DNA from: Sedimentisphaerales bacterium
Lineage (GTDB): Bacteria > Planctomycetota > Phycisphaerae > Sedimentisphaerales > SM23-30
NCBI GenBank assembly: GCA_963663965.2
Contig: CAXXFK010000006.1
Coordinates: 224,001 to 288,000 of the forward strand
Length of the DNA stretch: 64,000 bases
Reading direction: 5' to 3'
Shown: positions 19,665 to 31,618 of the stretch, in pieces
Layout of the letters: the number at the start of each line of letters is the position of its first letter
Position numbering within the stretch: the stretch's first letter is position 1
Translations under genes and position numbers: made by a program
Notes under the pieces: model-generated
What the model saw: the letters and a program-made list of their open reading frames with translations, nothing else
Told to the model about the DNA's origin: nothing
Database searches by the model: none

Positions 19665-19877
19665 TTATTGTCTTTGACTCAGATCGATGCGGATCCTGGT
19701 CCCCTTGCTGTTGAGGACATCCAGTACCGGAGGTAAGGAATCCCGGTCAGTCATGATCTGATAGACCGTTTGGGCCGCTTCCAGTGGAGTGTTTGCCCCA
19801 ATATCGATGGTATAGACCACCCGGTAGAGGTCCGCCTCAGGTGGCGGCGGTTCAATAGTGAGTCCCGGCTGTTTCAT
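19665..19877 (-). CDS. Small hypothetical protein
   Basis: 70 aa (LYRVVYTIDIGANTPLEAAQ), translationally coupled to the upstream gene. Confidence 0.65.
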   Translation of the reverse strand: MKQPGLTIEPPPPEADLYRVVYTIDIGANTPLEAAQTVYQIMTDRDSLPPVLDVLNSKGTRIRIDLSQRQ

Positions 19878-20777
19878 CAGTCATCACCTCCCCTGAATAG
19901 TTCCGGTGCGATCTCCTTGAGCCGTTTGGGCTGCCAGTAGAGGTCCCGTTCCACCGGCAGACCCAAGGCGCCCCGGACGGTCTCCAATTCACTGAGCAGG
20001 AAGTAAACCCATTTCCTTTTCCAAACCTTCAACTAAACCAAAGAATTCAAAATCAATCTCGGATCCCTGTTTATTTTCGACCGGACTGCCCTGAACAGCG
20101 AACCAGGTCCAATTGGCGTCGGGGGTAAAGAACTTGACCGGGACCAGGGCCTTGCCACCCGGATCTATTGAGGTCTCCAACGGTGGCAGCAGTTCCCGGA
20201 TCTCCGGCGGCAGGAGCTTCATTCCCCTCATCTGGTCATTGGCCACCACCTGTCTGGCGGTCTCCACTGCGGCTGTGTTACCCACTGTGATGGCGTTCTG
20301 TTGAGGAATACCCAGACTTGTCGCCATATCAGTCAGGTATCGGGCCATGTGTTCCGCCTGTTCCTTGCGGCTGATGGGTTCGGATTCGCAGGCGGGGATC
20401 GGCGGTGAGAGCAGTTCCACCTGGTCGGTACTTAACTCAATCACGACTCTGCCGTTATCGTCTGAATACCATTCAAAATACCCACAGCCCGGAACCCCGT
20501 AATCGCAGGGTTCCCGGCCGGCAGTCATATCGCCAACCTTGCCCTGCTGAAGCTTAGTAAATCCAGCCAGGTATTTTTCCGCTGCGAACTTGTCAGCCGA
20601 TTCACCTTCGCCACGGAGTCTGATGCGGGCGCCGCGGATATCGCGGTGAAAGTTGCCTGTCAGGTTAAATCGAACGACTTCGTGCATGCCAAGGAAATGC
20701 ATCCAGCCTGTAATACGGCCTGAAGTAGAGTTATCCAATTCGCCTTCTATCAAAAACGTTGTGGGTCGCCATGCCAT
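19877..20777 (-). CDS. Hypothetical protein with C-terminal DUF2958-like domain (frameshift near 20005)
   Basis: VKFFTPDANWTWFA...FFGLVEGLEKEMG continuing in another frame as YFLLSELETVRGALGLPVERDLYW. Confidence 0.7.
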
Positions 20778-20813
20778 AAAAATCACCTGATCCTTTCTTA
20801 GAATTGGGTTAAT

Positions 20814-20850
20814 AAAAAAAGCCCGGTTCTCAACGGAGAGAAACGGGCAT
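20814..20850 (-). terminator. Rho-independent terminator
   Basis: GCCCGTTTCTC...GAGAACCGGGC followed by T7 on the minus strand. Confidence 0.55.
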
Positions 20851-21533
20851 TGCATGGATTTGATTTGTGAAAGGTAATTTTAGTATACTTGAATTATCTG
20901 GACAGATAATTCATTGGAAATGTATTTTCGAATAGGTTCTTACTAATGAGATGTGACAAAGTAACAGATCAAAATAGATATTTCAGAGATATCGGGATTG
21001 AAATAGGTCTTTCAAGAGGACCCAATCAGTTATTTCGAGTAAATGACTGAGAAATAGCTGATTAGAAGAGAGTAGAGACTAAGTTTTTAATCGGTTGTTT
21101 CTGTCCGGTTATTTCGTGGATCGTTACGTATATTAAAGATTATATAGCTGAACTGGATTTTCAGTCAGTCGGGGTGTCTCTGGTGGATCAACTTTGGAGG
21201 TGTAACAATCTATAATGCATATATGTCAGAAATGCTAATCAAGAGAGGCTATTTAAATATTGAACTGATTGGCTCTAAAAAGAATGATGACCCAACTCAA
21301 AGTGTAATTCCACAGAACCACTGGGGCCAACGGATCAAATGAACGTTAGTCGTGTCTGATTAGCCTCTTAGATTAAAATTTGATTTCTATAAACGATAGG
21401 TATGGGCGGCCCAGTATTTGCTCTTTATAAAATCTTAGTTGATAAACCTTTTGGTGGGGAATAAAATAATTTTTTATTGGATTATATTTTTATTATTTCG
21501 GTTTTAGTTCTAAATAGCTCATATTGGTGTTAA

Positions 21534-23143
21534 ATGTCAAAAATCTCAATCTCATAAGGAATCGATTCTAGTCTCTTGGATTGGTCATGCGGACCTCAAG
21601 GGAATGGCCGAAAAATGTTCCAATAGCATTCAGAAGGCGATTAGAAATGAGATAAATTTTAAAGATGAATGGCCAGTTTATGGTTCTGGCCCCTTACAGA
21701 CATGCATTGGTAATATTGAATTTGATAAAATTTGCCTTCTAAGTAACTATCCTAATACTATTAATCGTGCCTGTTTAAAATTACTTGGAAATAATGTCGA
21801 GATACAATCAGTAAACCTGGAAAAGGACAAATTGGTAGATTATCCTGCTATATACGATGTAGCTACTAAATTACTCGAAGAAATTAATTGCAAATATAAA
21901 TTCTGCGATTTATCAATTTTATTGAGTCCAGGTACGCCTACCATGACAGCAACATGGGTTTTATTGGGAAAAACAAAATTTCCAGCGAGGTTCTATCAAA
22001 CCTATAATGGTGAAGTCTGGGAATCGAATATTCCATTTGATCTGACTTTGGATGTACTTCCTGAGTTAATGCAAGGAAGTGACGCTCTTTTTCATCATCT
22101 TGCTTTACAGAGCCCTCAGGAAGTCCCAGGTTTTGAAGGAATTATCGGAGATAGCAAAGCCATACGACTTGCTGTTGGGAGGGCTATAAAGGCTGCCATC
22201 AGGGATGTTTCGGTATTAATAACAGGAGAAAGCGGCACCGGTAAGGAGATGTTTGCAAAGGCGATTCACGAGGCCAGTTCCCGCCGTTAAAAAACATTTT
22301 GAAGCAATCAATTGTGCGGCGTTACCCACTACATTGCTGGAATCACTGTTATTTGGGTATAAAAAGGGGGCATTTACCGGGGCGGTAAAAGATCATGTTG
22401 GATTATTGAAATCCCTGGATGGTGGAACCTTGTTTCTGGATGAAATTGGCGAAAGCGAGCCCGCTTTTCAGGCCAAGTTACTCAGGGTATTACAACCACC
22501 GTCAGGCGTAAGCTCGACAATTAGAGAATTTACTCCAGTTGGCGGTACGCATCCCGAACGAAGTGATGTTCGGATTATTGCCGCCACTAACAGGGATCTC
22601 CTCTTGGAAATTCAGAATGGAACCTTTCGAGATGATCTTTATTACCGTATTGCCCATATTTCGATTCATCTGCCTGCTCTGAGAGAGCGGAAAATCGATA
22701 TTGTGCCGATAGCTGAGGCTATGCTCAACGCCATCAACAAGGAGTTTCAAGCCCAGGATTCTTGTTTTAAGCACAAAATATTTTCTTCTAACACAAAAAT
22801 ATTTCTAAAAAACCACTCATGGAGGGGCAATGTCCGGGAATTGAACAATGTTATTCTTCAAACTGTCGTCATGTCCAATACCGACACAATCCAGCTAGAT
22901 GAAATCAAGGCAGCGATGGCTGAAATGCCTGGATCTTCCGTTTCGGATGATATTTTAAATAGACCTTTTGATGAAAATTTCAATATAAATGAATTGTTGA
23001 AAAATCTGCAAGTCCATTATATACAGAGAGCTATGAAAGAGGCTGGTAATAACAAAACAAAGGCAGCTCGAATGCTTGGATTAAATAGCTACCAGGCGCT
23101 TAATGACCAATTGGATCGTCTTAATATCAAATTAAAGAGGTGA
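21534..23143 (+). CDS. Sigma-54-dependent activator with RtcR/CARF-like N-terminal domain (frameshifts in A runs near 21540 and 22290)
   Basis: ILVSWIGHADL, LSPGTPTM, GESGTGKE, GAFTGA, LFLDEIG, FRDDLYYRI, GNVREL, Fis-type HTH NKTKAARMLG. Confidence 0.88.
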
Positions 23144-23185
23144 GTTATTTGAAAACCAGATTTTTTTTTTCGGGCTCAATATTTG

Positions 23186-23201
23186 TGGCATGGCGATTGC
23201 T
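23186..23201 (+). promoter_or_regulatory. Sigma-54 (-24/-12) promoter upstream of hsdR
   Basis: TGGCAT-GGCGA-TTGCT: GG-N10-GC spacing, close to the TGGCAC-N5-TTGCW consensus. Confidence 0.75.
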
Positions 23202-23282
23202 TTATTTTCTAGCATGGAAAAACCATTGCAACAAAATCAATCTGAAACCAGCCAATCTGGGCATCGGGAGGGCGAAGAGATC

Positions 23283-26200
23283 ATGAAATCGATCAATTTC
23301 GAGTTTCTTCGCGCCGATTGGCAACAACTGGCTTCATTGGCCGGGTTCGCGGAATATTACAGTCATCCAGATCCGGTTAGTTCCTTGATCAAGATGCGGA
23401 CTTATCTGGAGCAGATTGTCGAGCTGGTTTATGATCGTTTTGGTTTTTCCCGGCCATATAATCCAAGTCTGCATGAACTTTTGAATACTCCTGAATTTAA
23501 GCGGGTTATTCCTACCACCGTGCAGACGATTATGCACGCCATTCGGGTTAATGGCAATCGTGCCGTCCATCGTAACGAAGGTACCACGGAAAAAGCATTA
23601 CAGGCTATTAAGGATGGATTTCACCTGGCTCAATGGGTATTTCTGACCTTTACCCAGCAGGATAAATCAGTGTTGCCGGCCTATCGCCAGCCCACACCCG
23701 AAGATTTTGGCCTGACCGCCAAGGCTGAACTCAAACGCCAGAAAAAGAGCCTGCTGCAAAAACTGGAAGCCCAGGAAGCCCAGATGCAGCAGCTTCTGGA
23801 CGAACTGACCAGGGCCCGCGAACAAGCCCAGGCCGCTCAATTGTCCGAGCAGGAGATGCGGGCACAGATTCAGGCCGCCCAATATTCATGCAGCGTGCTG
23901 GACTTTTCAGAGGCCCAAACCCGAAAATACCTGATTGATGTCATGTTGGCCGATGCCGGCTGGAATGTGGGGGCCAAAGGCCAGAATACCACCGAGGTGG
24001 GGCAAGAGGTTGAAATTCCGCACCAATCCACCCCGACAGGCATTGGGTATGCCGACTATGTCCTTTATGAAGATGATGGCCACACCCCGCTGGCTGTGAT
24101 TGAAGCCAAGAAAACAGCCAAAGATGTCAACGAAGGCCGCCAGCAGGCCAAGTCTTACGCCGATGGCCTGGAACAGCAAACCGGCCACCGCCCCATGATA
24201 TTCTATACCAATGGATTTGACCTATGGCTCTGGGATGACAAACAAGGCTATGTTCCCCGTCAGATCTGGGGATTCTATTCCAAGGATAGTATCCGGTTTG
24301 TTTTGCGGCAACGGACCGCAGCACAGAATTTGCAAACAGTTAAGCTTGGCAAAGATATCATTGATCGTGATTATCAGTATGAGGCAGTAACCCAAGTTTT
24401 AGAAAACTTCCAGAACCGCCGGCGCAAGGCATTGATCGTTCAGGCGACCGGAACCGGTAAAACACGGGTGGCCATCGCTCTCAGCGAGGCGTTGGTTCGG
24501 GCCGGCTGGGTCAAGCGGATATTATTCCTGTGCGATCGGCGCGAACTGAGAAAGCAGGCCAAAGACACTTTTACCCGCTTTTTGCCTAATGAGCCGGTAG
24601 TTTATATTAGTGCCTCGACCAGCCTGCAAACCCATCACAAGGTCTATCTGGCCACCTATCCGGCCATGATGAAGTGCTATACCAATTTCGATCCGGGTTT
24701 TTTCGACCTGATCATTGCCGATGAATCCCATCGCAGTATTTACAACCGCTACCGGGACCTGTTTTTCTGGTATGACTCCTTGCAAGTGGGCTTAACTGCC
24801 ACACCAGTCAGTATGATTCAAAGGAATACTTATGATCTGTTCGAGTGTCCGGCAGATAATCCCACGGCCCATTACGATTTTGAAAAGGCCGTTACTGACG
24901 GGTATCTATGCCCCTTTGAAGTCAAAACCTTCACCACGCCATTTTTACGCGAGGGAATCAAATATTCCCAGATGACTAAAGAACAGCGTGAGCAGTTGGA
25001 AGCCCAGGAAACGGTCCCACAGGATATTGAATTTGAACAGGGTATGGTGGATAAGTATATTTTCAATCGGGACACCAACAAGCTGATCCTGAAAAATCTG
25101 ATGGACAACGGCATTCGTATCAAAGACGGCAGCCAGATCGGCAAGACCATTATCTTTGCCCGCAGCCACAATCATGCCATTCTGCTGCAAAAGCTGTTTG
25201 ATGAGATGTATCCCCAATATGGCGGCAATTTCTGCCGGGTCATCGACAATTACGATCCCCGCGCCAGCGAACTGATCGACGATTTCAAGGGCATCGGCCG
25301 CAATCATGATCTGACCATCGCCATATCGGTTGACATGCTCGACACCGGCATCGATGTCCCGGAAATAGTCAACCTGGTCTTTGCCAAGCCGGTCTATTCC
25401 TATGTCAAATTCTGGCAGATGATCGGCCGCGGCACCCGGTTATGCGAAAAACCTTTTCGGCCCCGGCCAACATAAACAGGTTTTTCGTATTTTTGACCAT
25501 TGGGGTGTGTTCGAGTTTTTTGACGAGCAATACCAGGCCGCCGATGACTCCCGTACCGCTAAGAGTCTCCAGCAGTTGGTATTCGAAGATCGTCTCAAAC
25601 TGGCCCAGACTGCCCTGGATCTGCAAAAACAGGATGCCTTCGACCTGGCCACCCGCCTGATACTGGAGGATATCAAGAGCCTGGACGAAAACCAGTCCAT
25701 CGATATCCGCGGCAAATGGCGCGATATCAAGCTGCTGCAGAAAGACGGCGTCATCCGGCAATTTGCCCCGGCCACCCGTGCCCTGCTCAATAACGATATC
25801 GCCCCGCTGATGAAATGGCGCAATATCACCGGCTACCAGGAGGCTTACCTGTTCGACCGGCTGTGCTGTCAGCTCCAGCACGAACTTGTGACCGGTGGAT
25901 CCCAATTTAACGACCTCAAAGACGATCTGCTCAATCAGGTACATGAACTGCCCATCAATTTGAACGCGGTCCGCGCCAAAATCGCCACGATCAACCAGGT
26001 GAATTCCGGCGCGTTCTGGACCCAGCCGACAGTTGAATCAATCGAGACGGTTCGCGTCGAACTGCGCGGCGTTATGAAGTATCGGCAAAATGAAACCGGC
26101 TCTGGTCAGCGATTCCAGCCCAAGGTCATCGATATCGCCGAAGAAGATGATTTAATCGAGAGCAAAGACTACCAGCCCAAAATCAAGGGCCTGCAGCTGA

Positions 26201-26685
26201 TCGAATACCGTCACCGGGTCCAGGCGGTGTTAGAGGCCCTGATGGAAAGCTCGCCGGCCCTGCAAAAAATCCGGCTCGGCGAGCCTGTTAGCGAAACCGA
26301 ACTCAAGGAACTGGCCGCGCTGGTGGTGGCCCAGGAGCCCGACCTCAAACTGGAAGACCTGGCTGACTATTTTCCGCAGGCCGGCTCGATCGAAGCAGTC
26401 ATCCGCGGCATTGTCGGCCTGGACGCCGACCAGGTGGGCCGACGGTTCAGTGAATTCATCAAGACCCATACGCTGAATTCCACCCAGTTGCGGTTTCTCG
26501 ACCTGCTCAAAACCTTTATCGCCCGGCATGGCAAAATCGAGGTCAGCGATCTCTACGAAGATCCCTTTACCTCACTCAATCCCGATGGAATCGATGGTGT
26601 GTTCGATGACAGCCTGGCCGATGAACTGATTATATTGATTCAGGAATACCAATCTGATACTGATGATAATGCGGAGGTTTCGTGA
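23283..26685 (+). CDS. hsdR: Type I restriction subunit R with N-terminal DUF4145-like domain (frameshifts near 25450-25500)
   Basis: YADY...IEAKK nuclease, QATGTGKT, DESHRS, LTATP, DMLDTGIDVP, QMIGRGTR, EcoEI-R-like C-terminus. Confidence 0.92.
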
Positions 26686-27449
26686 TGAGCAGACCAGATT
26701 ATAATGAATGGCGATTGAGCGACCATTTTAAAAATGTATTTGAGAATCGCAAAGATGAGAGATTCTATGTCGATGAAAATATCCAAAAAGCGGCCAAGTT
26801 TCAGGCGAAGGCTATAATTGATGGGGCTACTGATTTAGTGGCTGATAATTCTGTTTCACAAGCCTTTCATATCCTTGATTATCTACAAGAAGATTCAGGG
26901 GAAGATGCTAAAAAGAATGAAATCAAGTGGTATGTTTATGAGATTATTGATGAGCTATTGGGGCACGAAGTAGTTGAAATGCAAGTTCGGGCCGAAAAAC
27001 GGATTCTTAAGCTGGTTGCTTTGATGGAAAAACAGGGAGTTGATGCAGAAATCAGGCATTTTCTTAATGAAGCAACAAAATGTTATCTTTATGGTTTTGA
27101 TATCCAGTGTATCATTATGTGTCGTTCCGTTTTAGATGCCTACTTTGAACAATTGATACCCGATAATACCTGTCGTGATAATAAGGCATGTATTGATGAT
27201 AAAGAAAAATACTATGTATTAGCGGATCGAATTAAAGTGGCAGAGTACATTGGCATGATTAGTCAAGGTCTCGACACTGAGTTTCTCAGAAAGATAAAAG
27301 ACGCTGCTAACAAGCAGATTCACCCGAGCCGATGGGATAAGAAATCTAATGGGTGCAGTCGCATTCATGTTACCGAAGAGTTTGTGTGGGATATATTGGT
27401 AAGAACGGTCTTGGTTATCAAAAACATAAAGGAGCATGCCCATGGCTAA
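26682..27449 (+). CDS. DUF4145/HEPN-like protein
   Basis: EATKCYLYG...MCRSVLD...IKDAANKQIHP. Confidence 0.6.
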   Translation: MMSRPDYNEWRLSDHFKNVFENRKDERFYVDENIQKAAKFQAKAIIDGATDLVADNSVSQAFHILDYLQEDSGEDAKKNEIKWYVYEIIDELLGHEVVEMQVRAEKRILKLVALMEKQGVDAEIRHFLNEATKCYLYGFDIQCIIMCRSVLDAYFEQLIPDNTCRDNKACIDDKEKYYVLADRIKVAEYIGMISQGLDTEFLRKIKDAANKQIHPSRWDKKSNGCSRIHVTEEFVWDILVRTVLVIKNIKEHAHG

Positions 27450-27657
27450 AATTGTACAAGGCGCCACTTTTGTCAGCAAAGGCACTGAATATATATTGGA
27501 CTATGGCCCCAAAGGTAACTTGCGGCCTTACACTGGAGGGCCGGTAAAGAAGGCCATGAAAACCCGCAATCCCTATATCATTGGCGGGGCTGTTGTTTTG
27601 GCTGTTGTAGTTGGGATCGGAGTCTGGTATTGCAACAAGCGAAAACATAACAATTAA
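27442..27657 (+). CDS. Small single-pass membrane protein
   Basis: AAGGAG RBS; hydrophobic segment IIGGAVVLAVVVGIGVWY. Confidence 0.55.
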   Translation: MAKIVQGATFVSKGTEYILDYGPKGNLRPYTGGPVKKAMKTRNPYIIGGAVVLAVVVGIGVWYCNKRKHNN

Positions 27658-27691
27658 AAAAATTGATAATCTATAAAATGAAAGGTAATTC

Positions 27692-29248
27692 ATGATAACC
27701 GGCGCTTTAAAGGGCAAAATTGACAAACTCTGGGAAGAATTCTGGACCGGGGGCATTACCAATCCGCTGACGGTGATCGAGCAGATATCTTTTCTCATGT
27801 TCGCCCGCAACCTGGACCAGCTCGAGAGCATCAACGAGCGTAAGGCCCGGCGGACCGGCGGCAAGGGTATCAAACGGGTCTTTGACGGGCCGGATGATAA
27901 ACGGCGCTGGAAGAACCTGATGCAGATATCCGAGACCGACGCGCTACTTCGTACGGTGCGGGATGAGGTATTTCCCCATTTCAGGGAGATCGGCGGCGAG
28001 GAGACCACCTTCAGCGAGTATATGGCCGACGCCCAACTGATGATCCAGAAACCGTCACTGCTCTACAAGGCCATGAAAATGGTGGATGAGCTGCCGCTGG
28101 TGCATTCCGATGCCAAGGGCGACCTCTACGAATACCTGCTCAGCAAGCTGACCACCGCCGGCATCAACGGCCAGTTCCGCACGCCCCGGCATATCATCGA
28201 CATGATGGTTGAGCTGCTCGACCCCAAATCCACCCATACCATCGCCGATCCGGCCTGCGGCACGGGCGGTTTTCTGGTACAGGCCTACGAATACCTCCGC
28301 AAAAAATACACCTCGCCCGAAGGCCGGATTGAAAACCCGGAGGATCCTTCCGGCGAGCCCATCTATTCAGCCGACCTGCTCAGCGCCGAGGAGCGGGCCC
28401 ATATCCATAACGATATGTTCTTCGGCTTCGATTTTGATGTGACCATGCTGCGGATCGCCTCGATGAACCTGATCCTGCACGGCCTGGACAACCCCAATAT
28501 CCACTATTGCGATACCCTCTCAGGAAAGATGACCGAGCTGTTTCCCAAGCTGGCGGTCAATAAGTTTGACCTGATCCTGGCCAATCCCCCCTTTAAAGGT
28601 TCGCTCGACGCCGAAGATGTGGCGCCGTCGCTCGCCGGCAAGGTCAAAACCAAAAAAACCGAGCTGCTGTTCCTGGCGCTCATGATCCGCATGCTCAAAC
28701 TGGGCGGCCGCTGCGCGGTGATTGTGCCCGATGGCGTACTGTTCGGCTCTTCCAACGCCCACCGCGATCTGCGCAAGATGCTGGTCGAGAACAACCAGCT
28801 CGAGGCCGTGATTTCGCTGCCGTCCGGCGTATTCAAACCCTACGCCGGTGTCTCCACGGCCGTACTGGTCTTTGCCAAAGGTGATGAAAAAGCCGAAGGC
28901 CAGACCGAGCGGGTGTTTTTCTTCGATGTGCAGGCGGATGGATTCAGTCTGGATGATAAACGAACCTCGATCGGTGACAATGATCTGCCGGAGGTGGTTA
29001 AACAGTGGAAAAAGTGGAATCATGGCGACAAGAAAGCGCTGAAGCATTTTACCGACCGGACTCAGAAGGCCTTTTTTGTGATCCGTGAGGAGATTGTTCA
29101 GCAAGGATATGACCTGTCCATTGGCCGGTATAAAGAGCATGTCTACGAAGAAGTGCAATACGATCCTCCGAAGGTTATTTTAAAGCGGTTGAAAAAGTTG
29201 GAAGAGGATATTGTTGCCGACCTCAAGGAATTGGAGGCGATGATTTAA
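27692..29248 (+). CDS. hsdM: Type I R-M methyltransferase subunit M
   Basis: [33 protein letters not shown]. Confidence 0.95.
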   Translation: MITGALKGKIDKLWEEFWTGGITNPLTVIEQISFLMFARNLDQLESINERKARRTGGKGIKRVFDGPDDKRRWKNLMQISETDALLRTVRDEVFPHFREIGGEETTFSEYMADAQLMIQKPSLLYKAMKMVDELPLVHSDAKGDLYEYLLSKLTTAGINGQFRTPRHIIDMMVELLDPKSTHTIADPACGTGGFLVQAYEYLRKKYTSPEGRIENPEDPSGEPIYSADLLSAEERAHIHNDMFFGFDFDVTMLRIASMNLILHGLDNPNIHYCDTLSGKMTELFPKLAVNKFDLILANPPFKGSLDAEDVAPSLAGKVKTKKTELLFLALMIRMLKLGGRCAVIVPDGVLFGSSNAHRDLRKMLVENNQLEAVISLPSGVFKPYAGVSTAVLVFAKGDEKAEGQTERVFFFDVQADGFSLDDKRTSIGDNDLPEVVKQWKKWNHGDKKALKHFTDRTQKAFFVIREEIVQQGYDLSIGRYKEHVYEEVQYDPPKVILKRLKKLEEDIVADLKELEAMI

Positions 29249-30294
29249 TGAATCAATTCAATCCCCAATTTACCATAACCAACGCCATGACCGACGCCCT
29301 GACCCGGATCGAGCGGGCGCGGGGCTTCCTCGAAGCCGCCACGCTTTCAGAAGATTGGATCGCCCGGATGAGCCGGCGGGCGCTGCTGCTCGAAGCGCAT
29401 CATACCACGCACATCGAAGGCACACAGTTGACGCTGGAGCAGGCGCAGAAACTCTGGGATGGCGAAACGATCGACACCGTCGATGCGGACGACCGGAGGG
29501 AATTGCTGAACTATCGCAACGCGTTCAATCTGGTGGCGGAGTATCTCACCGGGGGCGCTCCCATTACCGAGGCTCTGATCCGCGAAATTCACCATCGGCT
29601 GGTCGAAGGCGTCCGCGGCGGCAAAGGCCAGCCGGGCCGCTATCGCACCATCCAGAATTATGTCGTCAACAGCCAGACCGGCCAGGTGGTTTACACGCCC
29701 CCGGCCCCGGGCGATGTTCCAGGAATGATGCGGCAACTGGTCGAATGGCTGGCCGCCGACAGCGAAATCCACCCGGTTTTGGTTTCGGGGATCGCGCAGT
29801 TTCAACTGGTTCATATCCACCCGTTTGTCGATGGCAACGGTAGAACCTCGCGGCTGCTTTCGACCCTGTGCCTCTATCGCAGCGGTTTCGACTTCAAAAG
29901 GCTGTTCACCATCAGCGAATATTATGACCGCAACCGCGGGGAATTTTATCAGGCGTTACAGCAGGTGCGCGAACGGGACATGGACCTGACTATCTGGCTG
30001 GACTATTTCCTCACCGGCCTGGCCACCCAACTGGAAGAAACCAAACATATCGGAAAAACCGCGATCGAAATAGACATCATCGCCCACGAACATAACCTAA
30101 ACCCACGGCAAAAACAGGCGCTGGAATATCTGATTATCCGTGGCTCCCTGACCATTGCCGTCTATCAGGAACTCTGTCCCGATGCCAATCGCCGGACACT
30201 GCAGAGAGACCTTAAAGCCCTTATTGCCATAGACTTAGTGTCAACCAGCGGCGCGACCAACAACCTGACTTACACCTTGAAAGGCCGGGATTAA
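29248..30294 (+). CDS. Fic family protein with C-terminal HTH
   Basis: [12 protein letters not shown]ic motif; [11 protein letters not shown]. Confidence 0.93.
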   Translation: MNQFNPQFTITNAMTDALTRIERARGFLEAATLSEDWIARMSRRALLLEAHHTTHIEGTQLTLEQAQKLWDGETIDTVDADDRRELLNYRNAFNLVAEYLTGGAPITEALIREIHHRLVEGVRGGKGQPGRYRTIQNYVVNSQTGQVVYTPPAPGDVPGMMRQLVEWLAADSEIHPVLVSGIAQFQLVHIHPFVDGNGRTSRLLSTLCLYRSGFDFKRLFTISEYYDRNRGEFYQALQQVRERDMDLTIWLDYFLTGLATQLEETKHIGKTAIEIDIIAHEHNLNPRQKQALEYLIIRGSLTIAVYQELCPDANRRTLQRDLKALIAIDLVSTSGATNNLTYTLKGRD

Positions 30295-30297
30295 TGA

Positions 30298-30353
30298 ACT
30301 TGCGACATACTTGCGACATGACTCGCGACAACTTGCGACACAAACTTGCGACA
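30298..30353 (+). repeat. Five near-tandem copies of ACTTGCGACA
   Basis: Copies at 30298, 30309, 30321 (ACTCGCGACA), 30331 and 30344. Confidence 0.85.
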
Positions 30354-30388
30354 TGGCCCACCGGCAGAAACGAACTGGGGGTGAGGAT

Positions 30389-31618
30389 ATGATGAAAATG
30401 TCGTATAATATCAAACTGGGTGATGTATCAAAATTTATTAGAGGAATTACATTTAAACCAGAAGACAAAGTGGCGTTAGGTTCAGATGATGCAGTTGTTT
30501 GCATGAGAACCAAAAATGTACAAGCTGAACTAGATGAAACAGATTTGATAGCCGTACCTTCAGTATTTGTAAGACGAAAAGAGCAGTATCTGAAAGATGG
30601 TGATATTCTAATCTCGACTGCAAATAGTTGGGAATTAGTAGGCAAATGTTCATGGATTGAAAATTTGAAATTCAAATCCACCGCAGGTGGATTTATCTCC
30701 ATCCTTCGAGGTAACCAAAACAAAATCAACTCTCGCTATTTGTATCACTGGTTGGCTTCTCCTCCAATACAGCATGCTTTGCGACACTGTGGAAGGCAGA
30801 CAACTAATATTTCAAATTTGTCTTTCGAACAAGCAAATTCGATTATAATCCCCATCCCTTACGCCGACAACCCGGAAAAGAGCTTAGCCGAGCAGCGGCG
30901 CATCGCCGCGATCCTGGACCAGGCCGACGCCATCCGAAAAAAACGACAACAGGCCATCAACGAACTCAACAACCTCATCCCCGCTATCTTTGCTAAGTGT
31001 TTCGGGAAATATATTGATGATAAGTCATGCTATGTTGATCTGGCAAATGTCTCGGAGATTGTTTCAGGAGTAACAAAAGGTAGGAAATTTAATGGCAAAA
31101 AAACCATTATATTACCCTATTTAAGAGTCGCAAATGTTCAAGATGGGTATCTGGAACTTTCTGAAATAAAAGAGATTGAAGCGTTGCCGGAAGACTTGGA
31201 AAAATACCGTCTAGAATATGGGGATATACTCCTGACGGAAGGTGGCGATTTTGACAAATTAGGGCGTGGCACAATGTGGGAAGGACAAATTGAAAATTGC
31301 ATTCATCAAAACCATGTGTTTCGAGTCAGGGTGAACCATGAAATATTATTACCAGAGTATTTTGATAGTTTTCTACAGACGCAAGCTGCCAAGTATTATT
31401 TTCTACGATGTGCAAAAAAAACATCAAATTTGGCTAGCATCAATATGACTCAACTACGAAAACTGCCGATTCCAATTCCTGATATGAATATTCAAAAGAA
31501 ATATGCAGATTCCTATCACAAGCACAATGAAATGTCAAAATTTTTGGGACGCACTTATCTTGAAACAGATGCACTATTTATGAGTTTGGTTCAACAAGTA
31601 TTTAAGGGGAATCTATGA
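30389..31618 (+). CDS. hsdS: Type I R-M specificity subunit S
   Basis: Two TRDs joined by LAEQRRIAAILDQADAIRKKRQQA; GDILIS and GDILLTEGG motifs. Confidence 0.93.
   Translation: MMKMSYNIKLGDVSKFIRGITFKPEDKVALGSDDAVVCMRTKNVQAELDETDLIAVPSVFVRRKEQYLKDGDILISTANSWELVGKCSWIENLKFKSTAGGFISILRGNQNKINSRYLYHWLASPPIQHALRHCGRQTTNISNLSFEQANSIIIPIPYADNPEKSLAEQRRIAAILDQADAIRKKRQQAINELNNLIPAIFAKCFGKYIDDKSCYVDLANVSEIVSGVTKGRKFNGKKTIILPYLRVANVQDGYLELSEIKEIEALPEDLEKYRLEYGDILLTEGGDFDKLGRGTMWEGQIENCIHQNHVFRVRVNHEILLPEYFDSFLQTQAAKYYFLRCAKKTSNLASINMTQLRKLPIPIPDMNIQKKYADSYHKHNEMSKFLGRTYLETDALFMSLVQQVFKGNL

Noticed and set aside
23190..23282. Upstream start for hsdR
   Set aside because: Overlaps the sigma-54 box; MKSINFEFL at 23283 looks like the family start.
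30311..30388. N-terminal extension of hsdS
   Set aside because: Translation of the 10-bp repeat; the GAGG RBS supports ATG 30389.
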